Part shown: positions 1 to 13,319 of the stretch, piece by piece | How positions within the stretch are numbered: position 1 is the stretch's first letter | Layout: each line of letters opens with the position of its first letter | NCBI GenBank assembly: GCA_951406725.2 | Contig: OX597830.1 | Span: forward strand, 44,454,001-44,518,000 | Length of the DNA stretch: 64,000 bases | Reading direction: 5' to 3' | Origin: Octopus vulgaris | Lineage: Eukaryota | Made by a program: the position numbers and the translations under genes | The notes under the pieces: generated by a model | Databases searched by the model: none | What the model was told of the DNA's origin: nothing | The model's input: the letters and a program-made list of their open reading frames with translations, nothing else

Positions 1-226
1 CATGTTTGTATGTATGGATGGATGTGCATCTCTATAAGTGTGGATCCGTGTCTCCATATGTGTCCTTGTGTGGAGTAAAGTGTGTGTGTATATATGGTCC
101 TGTGTGTCAGTCTCATTTGCGTGTGTGCTTGTCTGTTCTTATAACCTATGTACCTATCCGTCTGTATGTTGATCTGTTTATTTTCATATCCATATGCTTA
201 CATACAAAAAAAAATTAATACGTGTG

Positions 227-273
<47 letters not shown>

Positions 274-531
274 CTATCTACATAAATCTACATAACAGTC
301 CACTAACTAGTCTACTCTACCTGTGTAAACTGTGGGTATGGAGGTATTATATCTACTATGTATATTTCCTATTTAGTATTGGGGAGGTTTCATTTATAAA
401 TGAAACACAGACATGCAAGCACATGAATATACAGGATACATACATACAGATGCACACACACACACATATATACATACATACACAAGCATACATACATACA
501 CACATACATATGTACATGCATGCATGCATAG

Positions 532-567
<36 letters not shown>

Positions 568-609
568 ACCTACACACATGCACACAAACAAACAAAAAGG
601 AATGCAGTG

Positions 610-1860
610 TAAATAATGGACAGAGTCAAGACTATTGAAAAGGTTGCAAGACGCAACGAAAATTTTAGGAAAATAAAAATAAGAAATGAGTGGAAATTGT
701 ACTGGTGAGTGTGTTACATTATATGGCACAAAAAGAAAATGACTCTCCACAGACACAACAGAATATGCTTCAACACACAAACTCATATAAAGAATCTTGC
801 AAACCAAATCCAAAAACGAAAAATAACATGGCTATTTTAGTGGAATTGGTGTATCATTGTAATGCTCTATTATCAGATCTGACGAGTCTAAATATGCTGA
901 AAGTAATGGACTCTTCCAATGAGAATGATTCCCTAATCATGTGAGAAAAAGTTAAAGTTGCAATAAGATGAGTGGAAGATGAAAAGTCAGTAGGTGCTGG
1001 CAATATCCCTGCTGAACTGTTGAAACATGAAGGAGAGGTCACAATACCCATCTGTAATAAGATCTGACAGACAGGGGATTGACTGATACCCTCATCTCAA
1101 TTTCTGATCATACTCTTTCCTAAGCAAAGCAATCTCCAACCATGTCAGAATAATCACAGCATGTGTAAGCTCAGTCAAACAAACAAGTTTATGTTCAGAA
1201 CAACCTTGAACAGACTCATGCTTGAGACAGGAAACATCGTAGCTGTAGAATAAGTAAACTTCCATAAATCTAGAAAAACTACTGAGCAGATGTTTGACAT
1301 GTTCATTCTCTGCAAGAAACACTTTGTGGTATTAAAGAAACTTAGGCCAAATTTTCTAAAATGTTAAGAAAAAAAATTATAGTTTGGCATGATGCTCTTT
1401 GAATTTCACATGAGGCAGAAGTTTGTTCATTCTGTACAACACCATAGGAATCCATTAACTTTGTCTTCTCTCATCCCATCTTTTTAACATGTTGGAGCAT
1501 GTTATGACCAATACCTGTATGAACAAAACCATATGAACACAGTCAACATTTGAGGGAGGAGCATGAAAAACCTATTTGCTGACAAAACTGAAGATCTGGT
1601 AAGAAGGAAGGTGAAGTAGTTGACTTAAAGAAGAAAGAAAAGAAAGCTGGAATATTAAGGTCATGCACTGAGACCCAGTAGCTTTGTAAAGATCACTGAA
1701 TCTTGTTCTTCAAGGACCAATGGGGGGAGGGAGATATAGAAGGAATGAATGATGGACACACAACATGAAGAAATGGACCTTAGCTCTGGTACAAAACCAC
1801 ATCAGATAGAAATGTTTGGTGGACAGTAAGTCCTAAAGTACCTCTACGCCACCATTAGAA
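610..1860 (+). mobile_element. Degenerate RTE-clade LINE fragment
   Basis: The + strand near 980 encodes KSVGAGNIPAELLKHEGE (the K.PG.D.IP.ELLK motif upstream of RT). Many stops; boundaries approximate. Confidence 0.65.
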
Positions 1861-2298
1861 GTTGAGGTCTCAAGCAATCAACAGATTGGTAGTACATATA
1901 TCATAATGTAGTTGCTAGAGGGTTTAGTTCTAACAAACAGGTAACAATGTAGTGGCTGTGGAATGAAGTTGCATTTATAAGAGTTTATGAAGCATAATGG
2001 TAACACAAAGAGTTATAGAGGCAATGCAGTGAATAAAGTGTAGTGGTTATGAAGATAATTAGGCTGTTGTGGCTATGGATTATAGCAGTAATACCTGGGT
2101 AAAGTTTTAGAGGATCCTTTGTTATGGCATATACCCTGCTGTTAGTGACTAAGAAACAGATTTCTTGCAGACACCTCAGTTATGTAGTATAGTGATGCAA
2201 AATATCTCTAACAGTAAAAACTGTATCCAATAATACGCAGAAGTACAAATTTGGAAAATCACAAGTAATAGAAATAAAACAAAGAAAAGGATATTTAC

Positions 2299-2489
2299 AA
2301 AATACGTATTTTATTTTAGTCCCCTGATAATTTGTCTTTTGATACAGATAACGACAAAATTGGTAGATGTTACTGAGTATTACAAATGGAGGAGGCAAAG
2401 GAGGGCGGATAGAAAACTCATTGATAATGTCATATCTTTGGAGGGACCAGTGGAGATGACTTTTTTTCTTAACTTTTTCATAAGTAGAA
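2299..2489 (-). CDS. TRPM-like channel, TRP-helix exon (STYEKVKKKSHLHWSLQRYDIINEFSIRPPLPPPFVILSNIY...)
   Basis: tttcag|T..., phase 2 matches the S6 exon. TRP box W..QRY and P.LPPPF are present. The donor (TTTT|gtaaat) is less certain. Confidence 0.92.
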
Positions 2490-2634
2490 CTGAAAAGGGA
2501 AAACAGAAAATATTATGGAGTACAACTAATTTTCATATTGAGATTTCAATAAAGTCAGATCAATTTTATTATCACTCAACTACAAATGAATTAACTTTAT
2601 TTCTATATTTTAATTCTATATTTATATCACACCA

Positions 2635-2860
2635 ATCATCATCATCGTTTAACGTCTGCTTTCCATGCTAGCATGGGTTGGACGATTTGACTGAGGTCTG
2701 GCAAACAAGATGGCTGCACCAGGCTCCAATCTGATCTGGCAGAGTTTCAACAGCTGGATGCCCTTCCTAACGCCAACCACTCTGAGAGTGTAGTGGTTGC
2801 TTTTACATGCCACCAGCACGATGGCCAGTCAGGTGGTACTGGCAACAGTACTGGCAATCA
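2635..2860 (-). mobile_element. 3' end of the abundant RTE family with an (ATG)n tail
   Basis: catcatcgtttaacgtc..tttccatgctagcatgggttggacg is the reverse complement of the 3' terminus at 25230-25380. Related copies lie at about 7775-8090, 15550-15855 and 35575-35830. Confidence 0.8.
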
Positions 2861-3522
2861 ATATTTCTGTAAATTTTCAGGGCCTTTGCCAATCAAGGCT
2901 GAACAGGCATTTTTATATGTTTGACCAGACCCAGTCAAGCATTTTGTAGGAGATGAGCAGTTACCCATACATGTGTATTTTACCCATACATCCATGCTGC
3001 TGATGTTTATCAGAAGAAAAGCCTGACAACTTGCGCCAACAGAGTTTTGATATCTGTGTTATTTTAGGCTTTGCAGGGAGAACAGAAATCTAGAATAAAT
3101 ACTGCAGGGCATTTTGCCTGATTCTCTACAGTTACACTTCCCTGGATAAGCACTGGATAAATCATTGTAATGGTGAAAGGTAATGTTGTCTTTTGTGGGA
3201 TTTGAAAAGTCAAAGCACCACAAGGCATTCGGCCCAGCCTTTTACAAGAAATATAAAAAAAGAGGTTTATTCTTATTTACACAGTTATTTCCACATAGAG
3301 TGTCATTAGAGGTCCTTCAGCTGGCTACTTTGAGTCAGTATCAAGATTTAGAAATAGCAAATATATATCATCAAAGAGGAGAATAAATTTTCAGATAGAG
3401 TTGAAGTCAATGTGCTTGTTGAAAAGAGAGCTGAATTCTCTGGTAGGATTATGTGTTAGGAGAGATTTATCAACGATGGGCAGTGTGAGAAAGAGGGACA
3501 GAGACAGTAAGAGAAATATCCC

Positions 3523-4740
3523 TATTATTATTATTGCTATTATTATTGCCTTTGCACAGCTTCTAATGCTGGATATGTACTACAGTGTCAGTTGTACACT
3601 ACCAGTGAACTAAGGTAACACCCTTATTTTTCAAGCACCTTCTGGAGTATTCGAGCAGTTCCAAGCAGTGCTGTTTTCTGCAAGTGCTCCACCCTTATTG
3701 CAGCCCCTATTCGTTCCACGTACTTCTTGAGATTTTTGCACACTGTTCCCAGGGCTCCAACAATTATTGGTACTACTGCTGCCTTTTTCATCGACCACAA
3801 CTGCTTAACTTCCCAAGCTAACTTGTCATATCTCTCAACATTTCTTTCTTCCTTATTGCATACCTTGTTGTCAGCTGGATATGCTATGTCTATGATCCAG
3901 CATAGTTTGTTTTCTTTCTCAATTAATACTATGTCTGGCTTCCTATTCTCAATCTCATGGTCATACTGAATCATAAAATCCCACAGGATCTTTGCATTTC
4001 TGTTTTTGACGATGCCTTCAGGTTTGTGGTCATATCAATCTTTTGCTTTGTCAAGTCCATACTTGTTGCAAAGTGTCCAATGGACAAGCCTGGCTATATT
4101 ATTGTGGCATCTCTTATATTCCTTCTGGGCAAGTGGCGTACATTGGCTGGTAATATACCATACACTTTCACCGTTTTGTCCACAGATTCTGCACTTATCA
4201 CTTTCTGCTGTGTTGTCTATTCTGTATTTTATGTAGTTTGTTCTTAGTGTTTGCTCTTGGGCAGCACAGATTAGAGCCTCTGTCTCTTGTTTTAAATCAC
4301 TTTTAGTCATCCACAGCCATCTTTTTTCTCTGTCTGTCTTATTTTCACTATCCCTATGAAATTGACCATGCATTCTTATCTTTATTCACCTATTTTCAGT
4401 TTCATTCATTTTCAATTGCTTGTACTGTGCTTTATCTTTGCAATCTTTCATCCTACACAAGCCTGACCTTCTTACTTCTAGTAATAGTGGTTCTGTGGCA
4501 TGGTATGTTGTTTTCTGTGGTATGAAAACAACATACCATGCTACGTTGTTTTCTCCTGCTCTAATACTGTGTTTGCATCCAATAAGTACTCTTCCCTCTC
4601 TTTTTCTTGGTACATATAGTCTATCTGTGTCACTTTTTGGGTGGAGTGGCCATATCTAGTTAGCAACTTTCTTGACTTTCAATCTAAGCTGTTTAGTTTG
4701 TCTACTGTCCATGCGATTACTCCGACTTTCTATTTAAATA
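3523..4740 (-). mobile_element. R4/Dong-clade non-LTR retrotransposon, 3' part (CCHC finger + restriction-like endonuclease)
   Basis: ORFs give CRICGQNGESVWYITSQC...HNNIARLVHW and RKPDIVLIEK..IIDIAYP..E..K..RY. (TAA)n tail at 3523-3547. Confidence 0.88.
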
Positions 4741-4751
4741 ATAGTAATAAT

Positions 4752-6060
4752 AATTTATTCTTTTATTGGCCGCAAAGGCTAATGTAAAGATACATAAAAT
4801 TACATGATACAAACATAAACGACAACACAAGACGATACAATGGATTTTCGAATCAAATAAACATTATAAAAAAAGCAATGAAAAATTGAAGTTGGGGGAG
4901 GCACTTTAAGATCATCTTGGAAAATCCCACAAAACTCACAGGTGCCTGATCAACAGGGTAGAGCCCTTCTCCTATAATTTCCTTTTTTGTAGGTGTATGC
5001 TCAGGATTGGTACTTTTACACTGGCAATTCTTCCATTCACCCACCTTTCAATAAAATTGCTAGAAGACAACACTTCATTCTCCACTCTCTCTTTCCTCTT
5101 CAAGTGAAACTTGAAGAAGTTTGTGAGGGCTTGGCCAAAGAGGATAGTGTCTGACTTTAGCCCTTTCAGATGAGTCCACCATAATACCTCTTTTGCTACA
5201 GCCACCTGACAAATAAAAACTTGTTGCCCCTCACAGCCAAAGGAGGGAGGTGGGGCAATCTTTACTATGGATTCAGCTGATAGCTGGAACTGTCCTGCAT
5301 GTGAGAACAGGTGTTCGACATAAACCCACAGGTCAGCAATACTCGAACACTGGACAATGGCATGCAGAACAGTTTTATCACTCTGGGTGCACCTTGGGCA
5401 GGCCCAGCTGGTGGCACTTCCATGTCTGTAAAATTTATCCTTGCCTGGCAGTGCCCCTCGGTAATACTGCCAGGCAAGAGATTTCTGGAAGTTATTCATA
5501 GGCTCAGGCCCAAAAGTTCTTCAAAACAGACTGGCTAGTTGATCCTTATCGACACCTAGAGTTTCTCTGTGAATGTTGTCACACTTTCACTCCACTAACC
5601 CTCTAAAGAATGTTAGAGTGGAACTACCACCAACCACATTGCCCACTTGGTTGAGAGCTGTGAGTGCTTGATGGCACTCAACATGCCAACCACCACTCCT
5701 TGGTCTACACCTAATCCAGGTTTGCAGCTCTATCAAAGAGATGAGCTAGGGAAAAGTGAGTCTTACAAACAGCAACCATATCTATTCACTATCAAGGAAA
5801 TGCTGGAGATGTCATAACCTGAGTACATCAGCAACCACGGTATGCCCAGCCCTCCATTCAGTGGTTGTTGACAGCAGATGGAACGCCTGACCAGTGGAAC
5901 ACCTGACCAGTGGAAGGTGCTCCTTCCAAAGAAAGTGGAAGAGTAAGCATGCCAGCTTTGCCAACCATCAAATAGGGCAAGGGACGATGGTCAAGTGGTA
6001 ATGGGTGATGGATGCAAAGTATGCATTTGCCATCATCACTCGACCTTTCAGGGACAGCTT
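4752..6060 (-). mobile_element. L1/Tx1-clade LINE 3' fragment
   Basis: ORF 4972-5499 has CPRC....TVLHAIVQC (C-terminal CCHC) and is homologous to 29614-30039. Confidence 0.78.
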
Positions 6061-6615
6061 CATCTAGGCCCATTTCTGGGTGAGACTGGCTACCCTGCTT
6101 GTCACCTTGTCCCAGTTTTTCTTCACCTGGAGGTCTGGACCAAACTAGACTCTGAGCAATTTAACAGGACTGCCTGTCCATCACCCCCACGATGCTGTTG
6201 GACAGCATGGACTTGCCTCTCCAGGTGCTGAGGAGGACCCGTTGTAGCAAAAGAGGTAGTATGGTGGACACGTTTGAAAGGGCTTAAGATAGCCACTTTC
6301 CTCTTAGGCCAAGCCCTCATCAACTTTTTCAAGTTTCACTTGAAAAAAAGTTGAGGGTGAAGAGGGAAGTGTTGTCTTCTAGCAAGTTTGCTGAAAGGTG
6401 GCTGAATGTTGAAAGAATGGCCAGTGTGAAAGGACCAATTGTGAACGTGGACCTGTAAAAAAAGGGAATTAAACGAGAAGGGCTCTTTTCCCGTTGATCA
6501 GTCAGCTGTGGGTTTTGTGGGGTTTTCCACGATGACTTTAAAGCGCCAGCCCTATTGGGAGTTTTAATTTGTTTAATTTACTTGTTATTTATTGTTTACA
6601 TGCTGTAAAACCTAT
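6060..6615 (+). mobile_element. Inverted second copy of the same Tx1-like 3' end
   Basis: 6301-6420 is about the reverse complement of 5030-5145 (ggccaagccctca..aactt.ttcaagtttcacttgaa...gaagtgttgtcttctagcaa). Confidence 0.72.
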
Positions 6616-8643
6616 TTTATTTTCCTGCTTTTGTCTTTTTATGTGTTATCATGTCATTTAATGTTACTGTATTTGAGGCCTTGTGGCTAATATTGTTGTT
6701 GTTGTGCCTTGGTTGGGTGTATTTTTGGAGCTCTCCATAAGTGGTTATTAATTGTGTTTCTTGAATTTTGTTGAGTTGTTTTGTTTTCTGAACCCCTTTT
6801 GAGGTTGGGATGGAAGACTGGCACATGGTCCTCCAAAGAAAAAGAAAACACAAAACGAAAGAGGGTAGGCACACACAGGCAGAACAATTCAACAGCAGCC
6901 AAACACAGGCACAACCACCAGCAAACTACACCAGCACTATTTTCATCAACACTACCACCCCAAACACACACATTAACACAAATTGTAACATCAAAAGACC
7001 CCACAAGGACCATGAAGCTTTCTTTGCTTTCTTTGCTGAATGTTTCATTTTTTGTACACATCTGCATTGTATTTTTCATTTGTTCTGTCATAGTTCAGAT
7101 TCTGTGTATCATACATTTTGTTCTCTACAAGAACAGACATTTCTTTCTGCATATTTCATCTGTGTTTGTACACATGCATTGTTCAAACAACTGTTTTACC
7201 ATGTTTCATTTTTCTGTGCCTTTCCATTGCACACGTACATTTTGCCCACCTTCCATTTGTTCAACCGTTCGCGGTCTAAGGAAAGGGCGCAGGCACAGTT
7301 ATCTCACCTGACAGAAGTTATCTAAATAGCTTGCCACTAAGTGGCATAGCATGTAACTTTGAAGTTCCAGGGACTTGGTTCTTCCTCTTTGTCACCGGAA
7401 TCAGTAGTGTGCAAGGACGTAAACTCCTTAGGTCTTGCTTGAGGTACACAACCACTAATAGTCTTTGAGTAGCTATGACATATGATACACAGAAGTTGAA
7501 CATGGCCTTTCGCTTGTAAATACCTTTTGTGATTTATTCAACTTGTATACATTTTGTGACACCAGGAGTAAAAGCATTTAAAACTACAGTTTGGTTCTGA
7601 GAATTCATTGTATCAGTATCCAGTACCTATGAATGTAGTTAGAGGTGGAGAGAAAGAGAGAGAGAGAGAGAGAGGGGGGGAGAGAAACTTATACAGAACA
7701 TTAACTGGTGAATATTTTAAAAACATTTTCTTATGGTAATGTTCTGGATTTTCTTACAGCAATTAGAAATGTTGTCATCGTCATCATCTTTTCATGTTCA
7801 TTTCCCATGCTGACATTGATGGACAATTTGATAGGAGTTGGCAAACCAGAGAGCTGCACCAGATTCCAGTTGTCTATTCTGGAATGGTTTCTATGGCTGG
7901 ATGCCCTTCCTAATGACAATCAATCTACAGAGCATACTTGGTGCTACTTACGAGGCACCAGCAAAGGTGCTTTATATATGGCAACAGCATGGGTGGTTTA
8001 TACATGGAACTGGCACAAGTGCTTTATGTGTGGCATTTCCACAGGTTCATTTTATGTGGTACCAGCACCTGCAAGTTTGCAAGACAAGGACTTCTCAGCT
8101 GAGAGAGTGTAAGTGGAACCAAGGGAATAGAGTATGATGGGACATCTTAGATCAAAAGTTGCCCACTTACTATCAAGGAGATACTTGGCAACCTTGGTAG
8201 GACAAGGAAAAAATTAGGGAGAGAGAAAGAGATAGAGAGACAGTCAAAGTGATAGAGAGAGGGCCTGACCACAGGGAACAGTGAGGGTATTATAAGTAGC
8301 ATAGAGGGGAAAGATGGGGATGTTCCTTAAGAGTGTGAGGGGAGATGTTTTGAGATAACAAAAAATAGCAAGAGCTGTTAAGAGGAATTGGAGAAGTTGG
8401 GAGGTGGGTATGGTAAATATGTGAAGGCATGCAGTGTGTGTGGATAGGTACGTGAGGGAGAATGGAAGAGAGTTCAGCAGTGGATGGTGGGTGTGTGAAG
8501 AATATGGGTTAAAAGTTTTATCTTATGTTTCCATTTTGATTACATTTCAATTATTTAACAATGAAATCCATTAACGTATGTTACCTCATACTAAGTCTTA
8601 ATTAGCACACACACTCATACACATGTAAAATAAAAGTTCTTAC

Positions 8644-8776
8644 CTAAACATGGCAATTAATAGATTGAGAAGTAAAATATTTGTTAGTAAAACATATATA
8701 CACATCAAAATTATTGCGCTATAAGTAGTGATTTCAGTGGGACATGTGCTGTTGTTTTCCTTACAATTGGGATTTC
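8644..8776 (-). CDS. TRPM-like channel, outer pore-S6 exon (NPNCKENNSTCPTEITTYSAIILMCIYVLLTNILLLNLLIAMF)
   Basis: tttcag|GA...TTAG|gtaaga, 133 bp, phase 1->2. Contains the canonical S6 motif NILLLNLLIAMF and the pore-loop Cys pair. Translated by hand. Confidence 0.96.
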
Positions 8777-9031
8777 CTGAAACAAAGCAAATGAAAAGAC
8801 ATTAGATATCTTAACAATTATAATAATACTGTAATAGCATCTTAAACTTTTACTTAAGAACTCTTCCTCTAAGTAAGGTGTTGGCAACATGATCTTTGTG
8901 AGTTATTATCAAACAGTAATAAAATTAGAGCCTGGTACTCTTGCATGAATTCTCTATTGTAGAAAATTATTATAACTTAGGTAGCAGTGAAACACTGGAG
9001 TTGATGTAATCAACAATCCCTTCCCCCAAAT

Positions 9032-11300
9032 TTTATTATTATTATTTAATTGTTCCATATTTCATAGATTGAGGTAAATTTCTATTGCATCACCTGCTAC
9101 TCCTCCTTGTTGCAGGACTGTATAGTAGTGTGTATTCTTTTCTGCTGTTGGGGGTGTGAAAGCTCTTTCCGGTACTTTATTTTGTTAGTTTTTCTTTTCT
9201 TCAAAGCGTGGTGCTGTCTTTTGTCATGTTACTGCTTGTATTGTGTGTTGAGTGTGGAATGGTTTGGTACCTTAACTTGCTGGTGGGGGTTTATTTCACT
9301 GGATAAATGCTGTATAGAGTGTATCTAGTATTTGTGGGTTGTTTTGTTTAGATTGTATTACTAGATTGATAGTGTCTTGCATCGGATGTGGACTGTTCCC
9401 AGCAAGGCTATTTTTTCGACAGTGTGTAGTGTTGAGGATCTAAGTATAGCTTCTAAGTTTTTGTTCATATCTTCTTTTATCATGCCCAATATTCTATCAT
9501 TGGTATACACCACATTTTGAATACATCAATTTCGTGGTCTTTGTACTTTGACAACTTTTCCACTTCATTTTTGACAATATTTTGATCAGAAGGGACCACA
9601 ATGTCTATCAGTAAGCAGATGTTTTTTTCCCAATCCTTGACTATTATGTCTGGGAGATTCAGTTTTATTTTTTTTTGTTAGTTTGAACCAGCATATCCCA
9701 GATGATTGTGGCCTTGCTTGGCACATGTTAATACCACCTGTAGTCAGTTTTGATGTTGTAATGTTGGCATATTGTCCAGTGGATATAACTGGTTACTCTG
9801 TTGTGTCTATATATATATTCATACTTGGCAAGGACTGAGCATCACAAAATGATGTCAACTTTCTCATTGTGCTGGTTGCACATTCTGCATTTGGTGTTGA
9901 AGCCTTTTTTCATTATTTTGTTTTGATAATTGTAGTCAGGTATTGATCTTGTGCAGCAAGAATCAGTCCTTCTGTTTCAGTTTTCAAGTCCAGAGCTTTT
10001 GAGCCATTGTTGGCCTTTACTTCGGTCCACTTATCTCTGTATGAAGTGATTTTTCTCTCCATTTTTTCTTGAGTATCTTTCGTAATTCAGTTTTCATGTT
10101 GTTTTTTGTCCCTTTGACCATTTCTGCTATGTTGTCACCTGAGGTCACTGTGTCAGATTAGTTTGTTTCTGTTTTGTATTTTGTTGCCTCCTTGTTTATA
10201 GAGAAAGGCATTTTCTTTTTCTCGTGTTGCTTTACTACATGCAGTAGTCTTCCATTATCTGCAATCTAACTGTTGTTATTTTATAGTAATTCCCTATCTG
10301 TATAAGACCATGGTCTCCTTCTGAATGGGGTAGATATATCCTTTCTGCATCTGCTTTGGGGTTGTGACTGGTATGTTGTTAGTAGTTTTCTGGTTTTTCT
10401 ATCTAGGTTTCTCAATTCACTAGCCTTCCAGCTTATTACATCAAAACTGTAATTTACAACTGGTATGGCTAGCATGCTTATCCCCATTATCTTATTAAGT
10501 TCAATGTTTAATATTAGTCTAACTCTTCTGTAATATTCTCTCCAAATTTTCTCTTTCATTTCTGTGTTGTAATTTTGCCCTTTTGTCTATTCTTAGATAT
10601 TTGTATGGGTGCTTGTAATCTGATTCTCTAGTTTCTGTTTCTATGTTAAGTGCAGTGTTTTCAGTACTGAATAATTTGCTTTTTCTCAGTGTGATTTTGG
10701 CACATTTGTCCAGCCCAATCTCATTCCGATGTCATTGCTGAAACTCTGAACAATTTTGACAAGGTTTCTCTGTTCCATGGTGCTTTTAGCAAAATGTTTT
10801 AGGTCATCCGTGTACAGGAGATGGCTTATTTTTTGTCCATAGCACCTATAACCCATGGTGGTTTTGTTTTACAAGTTTGTTAGTGGGGTCAGAGAAAGAC
10901 AGAAAAGCAGGGTGACTGTAAATCTCCCTGGGAAATCTCTCTTCTTATGGGTACAGGGTAGGTTTTAATAACTTGTGAGTCATTTTTTAATGTTATACTG
11001 GTTTTCAAGTTTGCCATTGCATGTTTAATATATTTTAGTAGTGGTAGTGTAGTACCATATTTGTGTGGATGGATTCCAGTATCTATGAGTGTGGAACACT
11101 GTGGAATGCTTTCTGGTAATCAATTCAAGTCATGTTCATGTTTGTCTTTTTCTTCTTACAGTTCTCTATTATGGCTTGGTTTACTAGAAGTTGCTCTTTA
11201 CAAACATACATCCCTCTCTGGCACCCTTTTTTGCACTTCTGCTAAAACATTGTCATTTTCCAGGTACTTTATAAGCTGGTTATAGATGACTGATGTTAGG
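9032..11300 (-). mobile_element. Degenerate R4/Dong-clade LINE (RT to RLE endonuclease)
   Basis: Fragments NYRSITCLST, ISHLLYTDDLK (10795-10830) and REYYRRVRLILN...LDRKTRKLLT. TTA repeats at the 3' end. Confidence 0.8.
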
Positions 11301-11339
11301 GTTTTGTGGGATGTTGATAGGCATGTTATTGATCTGTAA

Positions 11340-11775
11340 TTATTATGGCAAGCTGGCAGAATCATTACCATGCTGAGCAAAGTGCTTTGTGGAATTTTGT
11401 TCATGATCTGGGTTCAGATTCCACTGAGGTCAACTTTGCCTTTTATCCCTTTGGGATCGATAAATTAAGTACCAGTGAAACACTGGGGTCAATATAATCA
11501 ACTAGTTCTCTTCCCCCCAAAGTCCAGGCCTTGTTCTTATAATAGAAAGGATTATTGTTATTATCATTACTATTACTATGGTAAGCAGGCAGAATCATCA
11601 ACATGTTGGACAAAATGATTTGCAGTATTTTGTTCATGCTCTGGATTAAAATTCTTCTGAGGTCAACTTTGCCTTTCATCCTTCCAGAGTTGATTAATTA
11701 GGTAACTGGAGTCGATGTGATCAACTGTCCCACCCACTAAAAAATCCAGGCCTTTTGCCTATAATAGAAAGGATT
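11340..11775 (+). mobile_element. Two tandem tRNA-derived SINEs (Meta-domain-like core)
   Basis: ggcagaatc...ctgaggtcaactttgcctt..atcc...gataaattaagtaccagt...ctggggtc. Further copies at about 12345-12560, 40350-40540 (-), 62355-62540 and 63815-64000 (-). Confidence 0.7.
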
Positions 11776-11799
11776 ATTATTATTATTATTATTATTATT

Positions 11800-12320
11800 G
11801 AGTGAGAGAGCAGTGCATGCCATCAAAGTGATACTGGGGTAAAATATATGAAGCCCAGTATATCCATCATGACTCCCCGTCTGATAAGGGTACACCAGGC
11901 ACATACATCACAATCATATGCACGCAACATGGTTATCTTATATTAAATTAAGCAGAGCATGACCTTGCAGGTGGGGCCTAGTTAGAATATTCTTCCGGTC
12001 AAGTAGCCCATCCCGCTTAGAAGGTCCTTGAATAAGGGTTGTTCAAGGATGTTGAATGAAACACCTGTGTTTCCAGAGGTGAATTATCCAAACCCCAAAG
12101 AATTCCTCTCAGCACATGGCTATGTTGCTCCCCCACTACTTCTGCTGATAATCAAAGATGCACAATATTGCCAGCCACTAAGGGACATACTCAACTGGTT
12201 ATGATCAAACAACTGACAAGCACGTCTGTTGTATTGAGCAGATTATTTGCTGTAGGCCATCTTTTATATCAAGACAAAACAATGAACATGATAACACTTC
12301 CAATCAGTCAAGATCAGAAG
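11800..12320. repeat. ~500-bp interspersed repeat inserted in (TTA)n
   Basis: Closely similar to 52000-52490. A truncated copy lies at 53873-54060. Confidence 0.85.
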
Positions 12321-12556
12321 TGATATTATTGTTATTGTTATTAAGGTGGTATGCTGGCAGAATCATTAGTACGCTGAACAAAATGCATCACGGTATTTTG
12401 TCCATCGCTATGTTCTGACTTTAAATACCGCTGAGGTTGACTTTGCCTTTCATCCTTTCAGGATTGATAAATTGGGTATCAGTGAGACACTGGGGTCAAT
12501 GTAATTGACTAACCCCCTCCTCTCAAATTTCAAGCCTTGTGCCAATAAAAGAAAGA

Positions 12557-12590
<34 letters not shown>

Positions 12591-13144
12591 TCATTATTAT
12601 TGAATATTTCTATGATTATTGTTATCATCATCATCGATGATGATGATGATAATGATGATTATGATAACTTATTAAATATGGAGTCAAAAGTTTCAAATGA
12701 CATATTCCTTTTCATTTTCTTGTATCAACTGCAATTAGGTAACAGAACAAAACATTTCTTCTTGAATGGAGCATGTAAAAGGCATTACAATTGGATGTTA
12801 TTGGTCATGTTATCCAAAATATTGTCAAAAATAGAAAATATAAAAATTTATTTTCTCAAAGCACATGGGCGGATTTTGTCTAGATTGAATCAAATCCTAA
12901 ATAATACAAGAACTTAATGTATTGATAACAGATGGATAAAAGCAAAGTTGAATCAGACATGATTTCATCTGAGAATTTAGAGGGTAAAAATATATTCTTT
13001 AAAACTATATTTACAATTTCTGCTAATACATTCCACCAAATTAGAAAATTACTTTTCCTAATGAAACTCAAGAATATGTTTGTAAGCCACTGTTTCTGCC
13101 AATTCCCCAAACAGAAATTGAAAAAATATATCAAATTTGTTTAC

Positions 13145-13319
13145 CGTCATATTCTTCAAGAAAAAGTTCTGCATATATATGAAAATATGCTTTTCTAAAT
13201 ACTTCTTTAAACAAGTCAAATGAAGCTGGTGTACTTGGATGGAGAATTGATTGGGTAGCAATGCCAAAGGCAGTCATGAAAGTAAACATAATCATGGCAA
13301 AATATCCAAGGTCTCGCAT
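13145..13319 (-). CDS. TRPM-like channel, S5-pore helix-filter exon (MRDLGYFAMIMFTFMTAFGIATQSILHP...FRKAYFHIYAELFLEEYD)
   Basis: cttcag|ATG...GACG|gtaaac, 175 bp, phase 0->1. Matches DL..F......F..A.G.A.Q.IL.P and the pore Y..I.(G)EL. Confidence 0.95.

Noticed and set aside
6687-7503. Overlapping 130-176 aa ORFs on both strands
   Set aside because: Low-complexity, with no recognisable domain. Probably decayed repeat sequence next to the Tx1 relics.
11340-12560. tRNA genes
   Set aside because: Only degenerate A/B-box SINE heads are present, with no cloverleaf.
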